From: Magallana gigas | Taxonomy: Eukaryota | NCBI RefSeq assembly: GCF_963853765.1 | Contig: NC_088855.1 | Coordinates: 40,300,001 to 40,364,000 of the forward strand | Length of the DNA: 64,000 bases | Direction: 5' to 3' | Shown here: in pieces, positions 60,890 to 64,000 of the stretch | How positions within the stretch are numbered: position 1 is the first letter of the stretch | Layout: every line of letters starts with the position of its first letter | The notes under the pieces: model-generated | What the model was told of the DNA's origin: nothing | The model's input: the letters and a program-made list of their open reading frames with translations, nothing else | Database searches by the model: none | Made by a program: the position numbers and the translations under genes

Positions 60890-61120
60890 TCAAATACATG
60901 ACCTGCTCTCACTGCAGTGTATTTTTCCTGATCCACAACAACATTCGTGCTCAGAGTCCACACAAAAGCACTCGTTTTCAAACCACATATGCCCATTCTC
61001 GTCCGTACATATCGCGGAACGCTTCTGAATGGAGTGACCTCTCCTGGTATTGTAGGCTTCTCCAATCACCGCCAAAACCAGTACAAGAAAAACTAATCGA
61101 ACACTCGTACCGCTATGCAT
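60890..61120 (-). CDS. Secreted 8-Cys peptide precursor B (76 aa)
   Basis: MHSGTSVRLVFLVLVLAVIGEA|YNTRRGHSIQKR|SAICTDENGHMWFENECFCVDSEHECCCGSGKIHCSESRSCI*. 83-nt 5'UTR intron 61138-61220 (GTAAGT...TTTGCAG). Confidence 0.88.
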   Translation of the reverse strand: MHSGTSVRLVFLVLVLAVIGEAYNTRRGHSIQKRSAICTDENGHMWFENECFCVDSEHECCCGSGKIHCSESRSCI

Positions 61121-61273
61121 GATTGTCAAAATAAAGTCTGCAAATAAGAGAATACCCAAACAATTTAGAAACAATTCATCGTTACGTGATTCACTAAAAT
61201 ATACAAACTTTACTACTTACTTGTTGAGTTGTGGTGTCCCAGGGTTTGATAATTCCCCTGGATGCTTGTCTCC

Positions 61274-61280
61274 ATTTATA
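61274..61280 (-). promoter_or_regulatory. TATA box of peptide gene B
   Basis: TATAAAT on -, about 55 nt upstream of the UTR-exon donor; conserved in copy C. Confidence 0.7.
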
Positions 61281-63369
61281 TCAAATGCCTGAAAAAGACG
61301 TCGCAGTTAACGTGGTTACGTAAAACTTGCCACAATCTGTTCCTTCCGGATGTCCATAAATATGTATGTGCTCCGGTAACACTTAAGACTATAGCATGCC
61401 GTTCAGGTATTTTGTGTGTACCGTATCACTTCTACGCAACAGGGTTTTTTTGTTATTACGTTGTAACCTTGACATAATGGCAAATTCTAGAATTTAATGT
61501 CCAACAATGTTTAAACACATACTAGTAATCAAACAAACTTGGGAAAAAAATCCCACATCAAAATTCTCCTTCCAGCATATGTACAAGTGTAGATATTTGT
61601 AATTCATTATCGAAAAACAAATGGTGACAGAAATTAGCAAGATTTGTTTTTATTCAACAATTTAAAATCAATCGTGGCGAATGACATTTTATTAACTTGA
61701 GATTTATGACAAATCTATGTCAGGTTTCAAAAACCATTTCTAACATTTACACTTTTTATGAACAGATACCCTAGCGACACTATAAAACATTCATGGCATT
61801 AAAAGCATAAGTTTTCGACATCTTATTTAATCAGAGATATCCATTTACGTGCTAATTCCACTTGACTACAGGGTACTGTTCTTAAGCCAGAGTATTTTCT
61901 TTAAATATTTTATGCATGTCCATATAAATATAATATAGAAAGCATACTCTAAAGAAAACATAAGCTGCATTTATAATTTATAAGCAAAGTATTGATGTTC
62001 TTTAACATATTGTTAACGCAATTATACATCTCTATTTTCAAAACTAATGAAGTGTATTTTCAAAAAAACAGAGAGACTATGGCAGTTGACTGTTCAATAA
62101 TTAATAAAAATGCTAATAGTCACTGAAATCTGCCATAAATTTGATTAAGTAACCACGTCTATACACCTGTTGCTCTCCCCCCGAAACCTACTCCGTCTGT
62201 CCCTGCCCTCATCCTGGCCTTCAACTCACTCCAGTACCTAGTTTTGTCGGTCAACAATGCTCAATTTAACGTGCAACAAGAAGCATCCATTTAACTACAA
62301 AAAAAAAAACCCAAAACAAATGAGGACAAGTAATTTCATAATATATAAATTGCTAGAAAATTCTTCTATGTAATTATTATGCTATTGATTTACAGTTATA
62401 TATATTTACAGAGGTTTATTATCTTTTCCATGACTTGACCGCTAAAGCAAAGACATCTTGACCAGATCATCGTAGCTAAAACAAGTGACTAAAGCTATAT
62501 ACGTTTACAGGACCGATACTTCTGAAAAATCTTGATAGTCTAACAGTATCTAACTTATTTGAAGAGTACTTGCAATATGATAGGAAACACATTGAAACTC
62601 AGGTGAGTGTTTGGTAGGCAACTTGAAAACCATTAAACGCATGGTCATAATTAAATTCCAAAATTATTTGAAAATATATCTTGTCATTTAAGGTAACATA
62701 TTATTACACAGTGGAAGAAAAACAAAATTCAACTTTTATTGTAAATTTTCAATCAATACATCAATGACCAATAAATGATATTAATTCATTCATGATTGAC
62801 AATTTTTGTGTACCTTTGTACACAAAGGTACCTTTTTTAAGGAAAAACAATTTTGAGACTTATTTCGTTGTTTTGGAAAAAATACACAGTAAAGAGATAT
62901 TTGACCAAAACAAGATGCTCTAATTGGCTGTAGGCATTAGTCTTATTTATCATTTTTATAAAGTTACATGCATAGTCATCACAGTTCTCAAAAAAAAAAA
63001 ATTCAGCGCATATTGTTTTAACGAAAAAGCTGGAACATTCTACTATAGAAATATGTAGAAAAAAGTGGAAAAATCTAAATAATACAAAGGGGGGGGGGAT
63101 GTAGGCAACTTTACTAACAATGAAGGGCATTCGGACTAGCATAATAGATCAAAATTACTACACTTGCTAGAAATTCATAAAGATGTGAGTAATAGTTTTG
63201 TCGACACTATGTATTTTAAAGTTTTAAGTCGACAGATAATCGTTGATTATTTCTAGGTCAATGATGTATTGTACAATGCTGACAGATATATTTCTTTGGA
63301 AACTTGTTTATTTGACTCAAAGGCTAGTTTCACTGTCTAGTCTAATTTGAATGTCTCAGTGGTGCCGTC

Positions 63370-63600
63370 TCAATCACATGACCTGCTCTCAATGCAGTGT
63401 ATTTCTCCTGATCCACAACAACACTTGTGCTCAAAGTCCACACAATAGCACTCGTTTTCAAACCACAGATACCCATTCTCGTCCGTACATACCGGGGAAC
63501 GCTTCTGAATGGAGTGACCTCTTCTGGTATTGTAGGCTTCACCAATCACCGCCAAAATCAGTACAAGAAAAACCAATCGAACACTCGTACCGCTATGCAT
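63370..63600 (-). CDS. Secreted 8-Cys peptide precursor C (76 aa)
   Basis: MHSGTSVRLVFLVLILAVIGEA|YNTRRGHSIQKR|SPVCTDENGYLWFENECYCVDFEHKCCCGSGEIHCIESRSCD*. 5'UTR intron 63618-63700. Confidence 0.88.
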   Translation of the reverse strand: MHSGTSVRLVFLVLILAVIGEAYNTRRGHSIQKRSPVCTDENGYLWFENECYCVDFEHKCCCGSGEIHCIESRSCD

Positions 63601-63753
63601 GATTGTCAAAATAAAGTCTGCAAATTAGAGAACACCCAAACAATTTAGAAACAACTCATCGTTACGTGATTCACAAAAATATACAAACTTTACTACTTAC
63701 TTGTTGAGTTGTGGTGTCCCAGGGTTTGATAATTCCCCTGGATGCTTGTCTCC

Positions 63754-63760
63754 ATTTATA
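63754..63760 (-). promoter_or_regulatory. TATA box of peptide gene C
   Basis: TATAAAT on -, same position as in gene B. Confidence 0.7.
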
Positions 63761-64000
63761 TCAAATGTCTGAAAGAGACGTCGCAGTTAACGTGGTTACG
63801 TAAAACTTGCCACAATCTGTTCCTTCCGGATGTCCATATATATGATTGTGCTCCGGTAACACTGAAGACTACAGCATGCCATTCAGGTATTTTGTGTGTA
63901 CCGTATCACTTCTACGCAACAGGCGGTTTTTGTTATTACGTTGTAACCTTGACATAATAGCAAATTCTAGAATTTAATGTCCAACAATGTTTAAACACAT

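Larger units (their letters stand above)
60800..64000. repeat. Recent segmental duplication, offset 2480 bp (~60800-61520 vs ~63280-64000), carrying peptide genes B and C with promoters
   Basis: Near-identical sequence in both blocks, continuing to the last base of the window. Confidence 0.92.

Noticed and set aside
60862-63957. Alternative-frame ORFs around the peptide genes (60862-61065, 60871-61122, 61262-61477, 63342-63648, 63742-63957)
   Set aside because: Conserved only because the whole block is a recent duplicate; they lack signal, splice or TATA support.

Overview
AT-rich, intron-containing animal genomic DNA with three N gaps. The repeat families (Cg170/HINE-like Helentrons, TA and TTAA MITEs) point to an oyster or other bivalve; this is an inference. 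Contents: (1) 4.0-20.8 kb: a tandem array of five divergent 3-exon genes on +, each encoding a ~390-400 aa signal peptide + atypical LRR ectodomain + single TM + short basic tail with no TIR domain. (2) 28.5-53.9 kb: one complete anoctamin (ANO7-like, TMEM16 family) gene, 21 coding exons, 883 aa, with all Ca2+-site residues intact. (3) 55.0-58.9 kb: an unrecognised gene on -. (4) 59.9-64 kb: three paralogous small secreted precursors (signal peptide + KR-cleaved propeptide + 42-aa anionic mature peptide with an 8-Cys C-C-C-CCC-C-C framework). Two of them are a very recent duplicate whose differences are concentrated as amino-acid changes in the mature peptide. Many non-autonomous transposons and microsatellites are also present. 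The best candidates for undescribed biology are the Cys-rich peptide family and the TIR-less LRR receptor array. All gene models were built by hand from GT-AG sites and frame continuity; no database searches were run.
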